Made by a program: the position numbers and the translations under genes. A stretch of 64,000 bases of DNA from an uncultured delta proteobacterium. Its GTDB lineage: Bacteria > Desulfobacterota > Binatia > UBA9968. Every line of letters starts with the position of its first letter. Position 1 is the stretch's first letter. The DNA is taken from the NCBI GenBank assembly GCA_963816145.1, contig CAWFJP010000029.1:430723-494722 (forward strand), given 5' to 3'. Below the pieces are notes generated by a model that was not told where the DNA came from, searched no databases, and saw nothing but the letters and a program-made list of their open reading frames with translations. Positions 50,226 to 59,863 of the stretch are shown here, one piece after another.

Positions 50226-51263
50226 CTAGCCATCCTCGTGCAAAACGATCTTACCCAAATGCTGGCCTTGCGCCAAACGCTCTTGCGCTTGGGCGGCATC
50301 TGCCAATGGATAGACTTTGTCGATGATCGGTTTGATGCTGTTGGTTGTCACGTAGTTGAGCACTCGGCGGAATTCATCACGGCTGCCGAGGGATGAACCG
50401 AAGACTTTCAAGTGATGCCAAAAGATCCGCCGTAGATCGGTCGCCGGCTGCGCGCCGCCGCTGGCGCCACAGCTCACTAGCCGTCCATCCCTGTTGAGGG
50501 CGGCGAAGTTCTTCGCCCAGCTATCGCCGCCGATGCAGTCAACGACTACATCAACGCCGCGCTTGGCGGTGAGGCGCCGCACCTCCGGCGGGAAATCTTG
50601 TTTGCGTTCGTCGATGCCATGTTTTGCCCCGAGTCGTAAGGCGCGGGAAAGGATTTCAGGATTCTCCGCGGTTACGAGGGTAAGGGCACCGAAGCTTAAT
50701 GCCAATTGCATGGCCGCCGTAGCGACACCACCGCCGATGCCGCGAATCAATACCGACTCTCCAGGTTTGAGTTCGGCGTCGGTCATCAGCATGTGCCAAG
50801 CCGATAGATAGTCGACGGGAATCGCCGCACCTTCTTCATAGGAAAGGCCCGCGGGCAGAGGGAAACAGTTTTGCCAGCGAACCCGCAAATATTCGGCATA
50901 AGTCCCGTCGATTTGTTCCCCAAGCCGCTGTGGCTGCTCGCATAGATGTTGGTGGTCGCTGCGGCAAGCCCAACATGTGGCGCAGCCGTTTTGCGGGTAA
51001 AGGCAAACCGCATCACCGATCTTGAATTCTTTGACGCCACTGCCAACGGCAGCGACAACACCTGCCCCGTCGCTGCCGAGAATCCGCGGCAGACATGATC
51101 GCTTACCGTCGGTCCCTTGACGAACCTGGATATCGGAAAAATTGAGCGCAGCGGCTTTCAGGTGAACGATGACATCGTCGGGTGATTGTAGCTTGGGGTC
51201 GGCTGTTTCTTCGTGACGCAGTTGTTCGACGCCGCCATGGTGATGAATCCGTATCGCTTTCAA
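50226..51263 (-). CDS. Zinc-binding (MDR) dehydrogenase, quinone-oxidoreductase-like
   Basis: CATCWAC...C structural Zn site; ILGSDG, GGGVATA and GKIVL motifs; TTG start with GAGG. Confidence 0.88.
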   Translation of the reverse strand: MKAIRIHHHGGVEQLRHEETADPKLQSPDDVIVHLKAAALNFSDIQVRQGTDGKRSCLPRILGSDGAGVVAAVGSGVKEFKIGDAVCLYPQNGCATCWACRSDHQHLCEQPQRLGEQIDGTYAEYLRVRWQNCFPLPAGLSYEEGAAIPVDYLSAWHMLMTDAELKPGESVLIRGIGGGVATAAMQLALSFGALTLVTAENPEILSRALRLGAKHGIDERKQDFPPEVRRLTAKRGVDVVVDCIGGDSWAKNFAALNRDGRLVSCGASGGAQPATDLRRIFWHHLKVFGSSLGSRDEFRRVLNYVTTNSIKPIIDKVYPLADAAQAQERLAQGQHLGKIVLHEDG

Positions 51264-51337
51264 TAGTTTTCCTCGACGACTATCAAGTTCGTTAACAAGA
51301 ACGAAAATCAGAGTCAAAGAGAGACGAAGATTTAAGA

Positions 51338-51406
51338 TTCACCACAGAGACGTTGAGGGCACAGAGTTGGAGCAAATCTTCTATTCTCCAAGTTCTCTGC
51401 GGTAAA
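51338..51406. repeat. Tandem-inverted element TTCACCACAGAG ... CTCTGCGGTAAA
   Basis: caccacagag acgttgag ggcacagag ttggag ... ctccaag ttctctgcggtaaa. Confidence 0.8.
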
Positions 51407-51431
51407 ACCCCGAACTGAATTAGTGGAACGG

Positions 51432-51785
51432 TTATGCCGAGAAGGACGTGCCGCAGCCGCAGGTGGCGGTCGCGTTGGGATTGCTGAATTTGAAACCGCC
51501 GCCGTAGAGACCGGACTCATAATCGATGACCATGCCCTGGAGGAATGGCGCACTGGCGCCATCGACAAAGACTTTTACGCCGTCCCGATCTAGTACGGTG
51601 TCACCGGCTTTCTGTTCCTTCTCGAAGTCGAGCTTGTAGGAATGGCCGGAACAGCCGCCGTCGGTCACCCCGACGCGTAGACCCTGGCCAGTGCGGTCGT
51701 CGCGCGCCAAGAGCTTTTTGATCTGCTCGATCGCACTCTCAGTCAATTCTAGGTCGAGGTTGTTATCTGATTTGGCCATTTTCAT
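51432..51785 (-). CDS. A-type Fe-S carrier (HesB/IscA/ErpA family)
   Basis: GGCSG and NPNATATCGCGTSF motifs. Confidence 0.95.
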   Translation of the reverse strand: MKMAKSDNNLDLELTESAIEQIKKLLARDDRTGQGLRVGVTDGGCSGHSYKLDFEKEQKAGDTVLDRDGVKVFVDGASAPFLQGMVIDYESGLYGGGFKFSNPNATATCGCGTSFSA

Positions 51786-51897
51786 AAGTCACTGTCATTA
51801 AGGGTAATGCCGGTGCATAGGCAAGTCAAGACAGACTTGTGTCGTTGACATTCGGATTGCGCGATTGACGACCTAGCGTACGAGCCAATGATTTGAG

Positions 51898-52824
51898 CTA
51901 TTTCTCGAATAGCGCCTGGACGAAGCTTTCGGCTTCGAAGGGCTGGAGATCCTCGACGTCCTCGCCGACACCGATAAATTGCACGGGGACGCCGAGTTCT
52001 TCTTGGATGCTGATGATGACCCCGCCTTTGGCGGTGCCGTCGAGTTTGGTGAGCACGATGCCGGTGATATCGGTGGCTTCTTTGAAGACGCGGGCTTGCT
52101 GTAAGCCATTTTGACCGGTGGTGGCGTCGAGTACGAGCAGGGTTTCGTGGGGCGCATCGGGCAGCTCCCGGGTGATCACCCGGCGGATTTTCTTAAGCTC
52201 TTCGATCAGGTGAACCTTGGTGTGCAGGCGGCCGGCGGTGTCGATGAGCAAGACGTCGACGTTGCGGCTTTTAGCCGCTTGCATTCCGTCAAATACCACT
52301 GCTGAAGGATCGGCGCCCGCCTTGTGTTTGACGACATCGACACCGACTCTCTTGCCCCAGGCATCGAGCTGTTCGATGGCGGCGGCGCGAAAGGTGTCGC
52401 CAGCCACCATCAGTACCTTTTTGCCGTCATTGCGGTACTGGGCCGCGAGCTTACCGATCGTCGTTGTCTTGCCGACGCCGTTAACACCAAGAAAAATGAT
52501 CACCCATGGGCGCGCCGAAAGCGGCGCTCGTCTGGGTGTCGCAACCGAGCCGCGCAGCATCTCGACCATGGCGGTCTGCAGTTTGGCCGACATATCCTGG
52601 GTGAGATCTTCGGTTTCGCCAGGCGACTGACGGCGCAGCGCCTGCATCAATTTGTCCGTGGCTTTGACGCCGACATCGGCGGTGATAAGGCTCTCTTCCA
52701 TTTCGCCGAGAGAGTTTTCGTCCCATTGGCGATTTTGAAAGATCGTGCCGATCTTTTGAACCCAAGTCTCGCGACTCTTGGTTAACCCTTCTTTTAGCCG
52801 TTGAAAAAAAGCGCCGACTGCCAT
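51898..52824 (-). CDS. ftsY: SRP receptor FtsY
   Basis: [28 protein letters not shown] and [10 protein letters not shown] motifs. Confidence 0.98.
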   Translation of the reverse strand: MAVGAFFQRLKEGLTKSRETWVQKIGTIFQNRQWDENSLGEMEESLITADVGVKATDKLMQALRRQSPGETEDLTQDMSAKLQTAMVEMLRGSVATPRRAPLSARPWVIIFLGVNGVGKTTTIGKLAAQYRNDGKKVLMVAGDTFRAAAIEQLDAWGKRVGVDVVKHKAGADPSAVVFDGMQAAKSRNVDVLLIDTAGRLHTKVHLIEELKKIRRVITRELPDAPHETLLVLDATTGQNGLQQARVFKEATDITGIVLTKLDGTAKGGVIISIQEELGVPVQFIGVGEDVEDLQPFEAESFVQALFEK

Positions 52825-52902
52825 GGGCTGATACTCTGCGAAGCTGTGCTGAGAGTCAAACGACGGGCCTAGATAGCAGCCCGGAACCGTGCGGTGGGAA
52901 GC

Positions 52903-55900
52903 TTAATTCATGCGCACCGAGACGACTTTGGATACCCCGGGTTCGGCCATGGTGATGCCGTACAACATCTCGGCCGATTCCATGGTCTTCTTGTTGTGCG
53001 TCACCAGGACGAATTGCGAATGGCTGCTCATCTCGCGAATCATGTCGTTGAATCGATCGAGATTGGCGTCGTCGAGGGGCGCATCGACCTCGTCGAGAAA
53101 GCAGAAGGGACTCGGTTTGGTTAAGAAGATTGCGAAGAGCAAACTGACCGCCGTCAGCGCCTTTTCGCCGCCGGACAACAGCGTGATCGACTGGAGCTTT
53201 TTCCCTGGCGGCTGGACGATGATATCGACTCCGGTTTCGAGAAAGTCGTTTTCATCGGTGAGCACGAGTCGGGCTTTACCGCCGCGGAACAGACGCGGGA
53301 AGATCGCCTCGAACTTCTCGTTGATCGATTCGAAGCTTTCCTTAAAGCGCAGCCGGCAGACGCGATTCAATTTGACGATGGTCTGCTGCAAGTCGGCGAT
53401 GGATTTTTCCAGATCTTCCTTTTGTTGGCTCATGAACTGGAAGCGGCTGGTCAGCTCTTCGTACTCGCCGATGGCGGCGAGGTTGACTTCGCCCATACGC
53501 TCCAGGCGGCCGCGCAGTTCTTCGATGTCGAGCAGCAGTTGATCGCGCGACGCATGATCGTCGCCGGTTTCAGCGGCGATTGATTCCAATTCGGTGTCGT
53601 ATTTTTCGCGCAGATTGTCGGCAAGGTGCTGCAAGTTGAGTCGCTTTTCGGCGAGCGTGAGCTGAATCCGGCTGCGCTCGTCCTGACAAGCCTCGCCGAG
53701 CGGCCGCAGCTCCTTGATCATTTCACCGATCTCGGCCAACTGCATTGAAATAGTCCGATAGCTTTGCCGGTCGGCCTGCAAGCGATTTTCCAAAGCCTGG
53801 AGCTCTTCCTTGGCGCCGGACAGCGACGCTTCGATTTGCCGCAGAGCCTCGGCGATTTCGCTGCGCTGGTGCCGGCAATCGGCGCCGCGGCTCTGCCAAT
53901 TGGCGATTTCCTGAGCGGTGTCCGTCCGTTGCTTTAGGCGATTGGCGAGATTGGCATGAGTGTTCTCGCGTTTTTCACCCAAGGCGGCGTTGCGGATGCG
54001 CGACTGAGTCACTGCCGCTTCGGCATTCTCGACGGCACTACGCAATTCACCAAAGCTCGCTTGTTTTTCCGCCAGGGATTGTTCGCCGGTCAATTTCTGC
54101 GCCGTACGGCCTTCGATCATTTCGCAGTTGCGTTGCAACTCGTCGCGCAGATTCTGCAATGCCGCGGTGAGATCGTCTTGCTCCTGGCTGAGCGCTTCCA
54201 GGGTGCGGCTCAGGCGTTCATGCTCTTGGCCGGCTGCCCGATTCTCATGCTCCAAGCGTACCCGATCGAGTTCGAGCCGATGGATCTCGTTGCTTAATAC
54301 CGTCTTGCGAGTTTCCGCCAGTTCAAGTTCGGCTTTGAGTTTCGCGTATTCGCTCTCTTCATCAGGGAGTTTCGCTGCCAGGTTGGCGAGGGTGTTACCG
54401 AGTTCACGAATACGCCGCCGTTGGGTGAGCAGGTTGCCCTCGAGCGGCGTACTGCTGCCTCCGGTGACGGTGCCCATGGGATCGATCACTTCGCCGTCGG
54501 GAGTGACGATGGTGCAGTAATAACCGTTGCGGTTCCATAGGGCCAAGCCCGAGGTCAAGTTCGGTACGACGATAACGTCAGAGAGCAAATACTCGGCGAT
54601 TTCGCGATAGCCGTCTTTGATTGACACCATATCCAAAAGCGGCGCGATCACTTCGGCTTCGCCCAAAGGCAGCGCCTTTTGCTGGCGATGGCGCAGCTGT
54701 AACGGGATGAAGCTGCCGCGGCCGGACACCTGTTGTTTGAGGAATTCAATGGATTCGACGCCCTCTTCGTGGCCCTTGACGATGACGTACTGGAGCCGGT
54801 CGCCCAGGACGGCAGTTAAGGCTTTCTCGTAGTTTTCCGGGGCTTCGATCACCTCGGCGACCAGGCCATAAATTCCGTTGGGCGAGGCTGCCTGTTGCTT
54901 TTTGAGCATGATAGCGCGCACGCCTTCTTGGTAGCCTTCGTAGTTGCGCTGGAGGTCTTCGAGAGACAGCAAACGAGATCTATGTTCTTGAATCACGGCT
55001 TTGAGGCCGTCGATACGACGCTGCTGATCGTCGCGCGCCTGACTGAGCGTTTGGATCGAGGCGGTCACCATCGTTGATTCTAACGTACACCCGCGCAACG
55101 CTTCGACACAGGTGTTCATCGCCTGGCTGGTCTCCTCGCGCCGCTCTCCGCATGCCGTCAGCGAGACCCTCGCTTGGGCGGATTCGCTCTGGCAGCGGCC
55201 TAGCTCTGCGGCGATTTCCGCCTGGCGTTTGTCTTTCGCCACGCTGTCGTTTTTGAGGTAAGCGATCTGGTTGGCAGCATCGATGAGCGCGGCTTTCTGC
55301 CGATCGATGTCGTCCTGCAGGGTGCGGATTTGTCCCTGGAGACCGCTCAGTTCGGCTTCGCGCTCGCGCAAAAAAGTTTCTTCGAAAAGCGATAGCTGAA
55401 TAAAGCTATCCTTAGCTTTACTCAGCTCATCGATCTCCTGGGTCAGGGTCTTCAGCCGTTCGCTCACTGCGGCTAAGGCGATCTTCGCTTCGTTTTCCGA
55501 TTGTTCCAACTGTTCAAGATCACGCCGGTAGAAATCGCATTTCTGTTCGTCAGTTTGGATTTGCGTGCGCCGTTGAAAAACCGTTTCTTGTTGGGCGCCG
55601 ATGGCCTTGTCGGCTTCGAGCAGCGACAGCCGCACGGACTCGTTCTCGGCTTCCTTGCCATGCAGCATGGCGAGGTGTTGGGCCAGGCGGTTTTCGACTT
55701 GGGCGAGTTGCGCTTCCTGCTGCGCGATCTCGCCATGCAAGGCATCGCGCTGCATCGCGGCGAAGGCAAAATCTTTTTCGCGCAGCTCGGATCTGAGGGC
55801 GCGATAGCGTTCGGCCTTCTTAGCCTGCAACTCCATGGTGCGGATCTGCCGCTCGATCTCGCGGACAATATCGCTGACACGCAAGAGGTTTTGCTGGGTG

Positions 55901-56457
55901 CGTTCGAGTTTTTTCTCGGCGACCACTTTGCGGCTCTTGTACATGCTGGTGCCGGCCGCTTCTTCGATCAGGCCACGCCGATCTTCCGGCTTGGAGTTGA
56001 CCAACTCATCGACCTTGCCTTGCTCGACGATCGAATAGGTCTTGCTGCCGACGCCGCTGCCCAAGAACAGCTCGACGACGTCTTTCAAGCGGCAGGTAGT
56101 TTTGTTGATGGCGTACTCGGATTCGCCGGAGCGAAACAACCGGCGAGTCACCATAATCTCGGCCAAGTTGCTGTATTCCGCCGGACTGCGGCCATCTTCG
56201 TTGTCGAAGGTAATCGAAACCTCAGCCATACCGGTGGGCGGCAAGCTATCACTGCCGGCGAAGACGACGTCCTCCATTTGATGACCGCGCAGGTGGCGGG
56301 CGCTCTGTTCGCCCATGGCCCAACGCAAGGCGTCGACGATATTGGACTTGCCGCAACCATTCGGGCCCACGACCGCCGTGACCCCTGGATTGAACTCCAC
56401 GAAAGTCTTCTCGGCGAAAGACTTAAAACCAATCATTTCAAGGCGTTTTAGGCGCAT
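52903..56457 (-). CDS. smc: Chromosome segregation protein SMC
   Basis: GFKSF, GPNGCGKSN, hinge (GRGSFIPL, VTGG), LSGGE and LDEVDAPLD motifs; 1184 aa; upstream of ftsY. Confidence 0.98.
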   Translation of the reverse strand: MRLKRLEMIGFKSFAEKTFVEFNPGVTAVVGPNGCGKSNIVDALRWAMGEQSARHLRGHQMEDVVFAGSDSLPPTGMAEVSITFDNEDGRSPAEYSNLAEIMVTRRLFRSGESEYAINKTTCRLKDVVELFLGSGVGSKTYSIVEQGKVDELVNSKPEDRRGLIEEAAGTSMYKSRKVVAEKKLERTQQNLLRVSDIVREIERQIRTMELQAKKAERYRALRSELREKDFAFAAMQRDALHGEIAQQEAQLAQVENRLAQHLAMLHGKEAENESVRLSLLEADKAIGAQQETVFQRRTQIQTDEQKCDFYRRDLEQLEQSENEAKIALAAVSERLKTLTQEIDELSKAKDSFIQLSLFEETFLREREAELSGLQGQIRTLQDDIDRQKAALIDAANQIAYLKNDSVAKDKRQAEIAAELGRCQSESAQARVSLTACGERREETSQAMNTCVEALRGCTLESTMVTASIQTLSQARDDQQRRIDGLKAVIQEHRSRLLSLEDLQRNYEGYQEGVRAIMLKKQQAASPNGIYGLVAEVIEAPENYEKALTAVLGDRLQYVIVKGHEEGVESIEFLKQQVSGRGSFIPLQLRHRQQKALPLGEAEVIAPLLDMVSIKDGYREIAEYLLSDVIVVPNLTSGLALWNRNGYYCTIVTPDGEVIDPMGTVTGGSSTPLEGNLLTQRRRIRELGNTLANLAAKLPDEESEYAKLKAELELAETRKTVLSNEIHRLELDRVRLEHENRAAGQEHERLSRTLEALSQEQDDLTAALQNLRDELQRNCEMIEGRTAQKLTGEQSLAEKQASFGELRSAVENAEAAVTQSRIRNAALGEKRENTHANLANRLKQRTDTAQEIANWQSRGADCRHQRSEIAEALRQIEASLSGAKEELQALENRLQADRQSYRTISMQLAEIGEMIKELRPLGEACQDERSRIQLTLAEKRLNLQHLADNLREKYDTELESIAAETGDDHASRDQLLLDIEELRGRLERMGEVNLAAIGEYEELTSRFQFMSQQKEDLEKSIADLQQTIVKLNRVCRLRFKESFESINEKFEAIFPRLFRGGKARLVLTDENDFLETGVDIIVQPPGKKLQSITLLSGGEKALTAVSLLFAIFLTKPSPFCFLDEVDAPLDDANLDRFNDMIREMSSHSQFVLVTHNKKTMESAEMLYGITMAEPGVSKVVSVRMN

Positions 56458-56549
56458 GTTTAATTCTAGTTTAAGTAACTTTTAGGCAATTTCAGGAAGC
56501 CTGATCTAGCGCCACTATTTCATAGCCTTCGGGGGGTGTCAAGATTAAA

Positions 56550-56644
56550 TCACAAGATACGGTGGGCCCTGTGGATAACTTACCACTATATATTGAATTT
56601 ACGCGTTCTGAAGCAGGGTTCGTCGGTATGAATCCTGTGGGTAA
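56550..56644. promoter_or_regulatory. Two NrdR-like boxes flanking a perfect DnaA box, upstream of smc
   Basis: CACAAGATACGGTG 56551, TGTGGATAA 56570, CACTATATATTGAA 56584, TGTGGGTAA 56636; TTGACA on the minus strand at 56537-56542. Confidence 0.6.
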
Positions 56645-56672
56645 GTACTGCCCGCGTGCGGTGCTCGGCCGT

Positions 56673-57305
56673 CTAACGTTCCAAAAGCTCGGTATTCCAG
56701 TACGACGCGTCGACGGTATTAAGAAATGGTGTCCATTCCTTATAGCGCGAAAGGCTGAAGGTTTCCTGCATGAAGGGTGTCCACTGGGGGCGGACAGGAA
56801 AGCGAGCCAGGAGCATGCCGGCTTGATGCGGTGTGCGCCCGCCCTTGCGGCGATTGCACTCATGGCAGGAGCAGACCACGTTCTCCCAAGTGGATACGCC
56901 GCCCTGCGAACGGGGGATGACGTGATCGAGATTGAGTTCCTGGCGCGGCAGCCGCCGGTGGCAGTACTGGCAGGTCAGTTTGTCGCGCGCATAGATATTA
57001 AAACGGCTGAAGCGAACCTGGCGTTTGGGCACTCGGTCGTAGGCCACCAGAAGAATCACCCTGGGCACGCGAATGACCCGATTGACCATACCGACGGTCT
57101 CGTCATGGGCTGAGATCGATAGGTCGCTCCAACTGTCGAAATCGAAGGTCTGGTACTGCTCGTTTACCGCTTTGGCGATACCCTGGTAGAGCAGCACAAA
57201 GGCGCGCTTTACCGAGGTGACGTGGATCGGCAAATAGGACCGATTGAGGATCAGGACCTTGGTGTTAAGGATCGAATAACCTGGCGCAGTGGCTGAAAAA
57301 CTCAT
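56673..57305 (-). CDS. HNH endonuclease (McrA-like)
   Basis: VLILNRSY.P, RDKLTCQYC, DHVIPRSQGG..TWENVVCSC..CN..KG motifs. Confidence 0.92.
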   Translation of the reverse strand: MSFSATAPGYSILNTKVLILNRSYLPIHVTSVKRAFVLLYQGIAKAVNEQYQTFDFDSWSDLSISAHDETVGMVNRVIRVPRVILLVAYDRVPKRQVRFSRFNIYARDKLTCQYCHRRLPRQELNLDHVIPRSQGGVSTWENVVCSCHECNRRKGGRTPHQAGMLLARFPVRPQWTPFMQETFSLSRYKEWTPFLNTVDASYWNTELLER

Positions 57306-57559
57306 AGTCAGCTTACATCATGCACGAATGATGTCGATCGGGTCGCCGGTACTCTTTTGAAATTACCGGTCTTCGGCGTTAATGTCAATTTGACGCTGGA
57401 CGAACTGCCCAGCTTCATCTTGATCTCACCGGTTATTTCTTTTATATGTAATGTCAGCTATTTTCTTTTTTGCTATTCGTCGGTTGCGCTATTCTCTGCG
57501 CGGCCCGCCTCGCACCACACCCACCGGCAGCGCCAAAAGTTAAGTGTCAACGTAAAACT

Positions 57560-59071
57560 ATGAAACAAGAAATTATTATCAATTCCACGCCGCAAGAAAG
57601 CCGCATCGCGATTGTCGAAGACGGTCTCTTAGCCGAGTTCTTCGTCGAACGAAAAGAAGAGATGGGCGTCGCGGGAAATATCTACAAAGGCAAGGTCGCG
57701 CGGGTTTTGCCCGGCATGCAAGCGGCCTTCATCGAGATCGGCATGGACAAGGCGGGATTTCTCCATGCGTCGGATTTCTCCGCCCTCGATGACGTACAAT
57801 TAATCAGTCCGGCGAACGATGATGTCGAATTCGAAGAGGCGCCGCCGAAGCCCAATCCGTCGCGCCACTTGCCCTTGGAGAAGCAGCTTTCGCGCGGCGA
57901 AGAGGTGCTCGTGCAGGTTGCCAAGGACCCCCTCGGCACCAAGGGCGCGCGGGTAACCTCACATATTTCTCTACCTGGCCGCTACATGGTTTTTATGCCT
58001 GGGAATAGGCATATCGGCATCTCGCGGCGCATCGAAAGCGACGACGAACGCAAGCGGCTCAAGGAGATCGCGCAATCCTTGGGTACGGAGGAAGGCGGCT
58101 TTATTCTGCGCACGGCCTGCGAGGGACTGAGTAAGCGCGAGATTCAGCGCGATTTGGGCTTTTTACAGAAGCTTTGGAAAGGCATTCAGAAGAAAGCCGA
58201 AAGCGCGCCGGCGCCGTCATTGATCCATCAGGATCTCGATCTGATTGCGCGGGCGATTCGCGATTTTTTCAGCGCCGATACCGAGCAGGTGTTGATCGAT
58301 TCGCCCAAGGACCACCGGCGTATTGTCGATTTTGTGCGCCACTTCATGCCGCGCTTGAAGTCGAAGATTAATCTCTACGCCGACAAGGAGCCGCTGTTCG
58401 AACAACTCGGGATCGAAGAAAAGATTACCAAAGCCCTCGATCCGCGCGCCTGGTTGCGTTCGGGCGGCTACATTATCATCGAACGGACCGAGGCGCTGAC
58501 CGCGGTGGACGTCAATACCGGCCGCTTCGTCGGCAAGCGCAATCAAGAAGAGACGATTCTCAAGACCAACCTGGAGGCGGTGCAAGAAGTGGTGCGGCAA
58601 CTGCGGCTGCGAAACGCCGGCGGCCTGATCATTATCGACTTCATCGATATGGAGAAAGAGGCCAACCGCAAGAAGGTCTATGAAGCTCTCAAGGAAGCGC
58701 TGAAAAAAGACAAAGCGCGCACCAATATTTTAAAAATTTCCGAGCTGGGCCTGGTCGAAATGACTCGCCAGCGCACCCGTGAAAGTTTGGAAAATCAACT
58801 GCTCCGCCCCTGCCCGCACTGCGAGGGGCGCGGCCGGATCAAATCGCCGGTGACCGTGGCCTATGATGTCCTGCGCGCGATCAAGAGTCACCATGCCGGA
58901 ATGGATAATAGCCGGAACATCGTCGTGCGCCTGCACCCCGATGTCGCGAACTTCCTCTATGATGAGAAGAACAACAGTTTGGAAACTCTAGAGCGTGAGA
59001 TCAACCACCGGATCATCATCAAGGCGAGCCAAGAGCTGCACCACGAGAAGTACGAAATTTCCGAATCGTGA
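57560..59071 (+). CDS. rng: Rne/Rng family ribonuclease (RNase G length)
   Basis: GNIYKGKV, PGMQAAF, KGAR, VDVNTG, IIDFIDM and GLVEMTRQR motifs; CPHC. Confidence 0.92.
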   Translation: MKQEIIINSTPQESRIAIVEDGLLAEFFVERKEEMGVAGNIYKGKVARVLPGMQAAFIEIGMDKAGFLHASDFSALDDVQLISPANDDVEFEEAPPKPNPSRHLPLEKQLSRGEEVLVQVAKDPLGTKGARVTSHISLPGRYMVFMPGNRHIGISRRIESDDERKRLKEIAQSLGTEEGGFILRTACEGLSKREIQRDLGFLQKLWKGIQKKAESAPAPSLIHQDLDLIARAIRDFFSADTEQVLIDSPKDHRRIVDFVRHFMPRLKSKINLYADKEPLFEQLGIEEKITKALDPRAWLRSGGYIIIERTEALTAVDVNTGRFVGKRNQEETILKTNLEAVQEVVRQLRLRNAGGLIIIDFIDMEKEANRKKVYEALKEALKKDKARTNILKISELGLVEMTRQRTRESLENQLLRPCPHCEGRGRIKSPVTVAYDVLRAIKSHHAGMDNSRNIVVRLHPDVANFLYDEKNNSLETLEREINHRIIIKASQELHHEKYEISES

Positions 59072-59080
59072 GATTCCAGT

Positions 59081-59160
59081 TTACCGCGAAGAGCACGAAG
59101 GACACGAAGGTTTCGGAAGTTTAAAATTCCGAACTTCGTGATCTTAGTGTCCTTCGTGAA
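59081..59160. repeat. 9-bp tandem-inverted element with inner TTCGGAA/TTCCGAA palindrome
   Basis: ttaccgcgaag agcacgaag gacacgaag gtttcggaagtttaaaattccgaa cttcgtgat cttagtgtc cttcgtgaa. Confidence 0.88.
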
Positions 59161-59190
59161 AAACTATCGACTACGCACAATTGCTGTCAC

Positions 59191-59838
59191 TCAATTCTTC
59201 GGCCAGGCGTGAATGTCGGTGTCTTTGCGCAGCTTCTTCTTGTCGTAAACCTCGTAGTGGGTGAACGCGCTGATCGGCCGCCTGGGCTTAGCTTTCGGCC
59301 AGCTGCTGGCGTGGCCGATGGGCATGACCCATAGCAGGCGCAATTCATTGGGCACCCCGAACAGTTTTCGTAATTCCGGCTCCACTTCCTCGCGCACAGA
59401 TACCCACACGGTGCCCAAGTTCATGCTGGCGGCGGCGAGCATCGCTTGCTGCACCGAGTTGGCGATGCTGGCTTGGAATAGCTTTTCCCGGTCGGCGGGC
59501 TGGCGTGTGGTTAGGTAGACTTGCTTGGTTCGTGCGTCACCGCAGGCGAGCACCAGCACGCTGACATCGCCGACATAGTCTTTTTTCAGGCCCTTATAGT
59601 GCACCGGGTCTTCTTTTTTGCGATCGCGCCATTCTTGGGAATAGATCTCGCGCACCCGTTTCATCTTCTTGCGGTCACGGGTGGCGATGAACTCCCAAGG
59701 CTGAGTGTTGGCTCCCGAAGGCGCCCAGCGCGCTGCTTCGAGAATGGTCTCCAGTTGTTGGTTGGTGACCTTGCCGGTCTTGTAGACGCGCACGCTGCGC
59801 CGGTGGCGGATGATGTCTAACAAATTTTCAGTATCCAC
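59191..59838 (-). CDS. Nitroreductase family protein
   Basis: RRSVRVY, AARWAPSGANTQPWEF and LGTVW motifs. Confidence 0.93.
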   Translation of the reverse strand: MDTENLLDIIRHRRSVRVYKTGKVTNQQLETILEAARWAPSGANTQPWEFIATRDRKKMKRVREIYSQEWRDRKKEDPVHYKGLKKDYVGDVSVLVLACGDARTKQVYLTTRQPADREKLFQASIANSVQQAMLAAASMNLGTVWVSVREEVEPELRKLFGVPNELRLLWVMPIGHASSWPKAKPRRPISAFTHYEVYDKKKLRKDTDIHAWPKN

Positions 59839-59863
59839 GAATGCTCCGATTCTCTAATTAAAA

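Noticed and set aside
52903-57305. SMC plus HNH as a Wadjet/Lamassu-type defence system
   Set aside because: Full-length hinge-containing SMC in the classic smc-ftsY context, with no jetABD or lmu partners.
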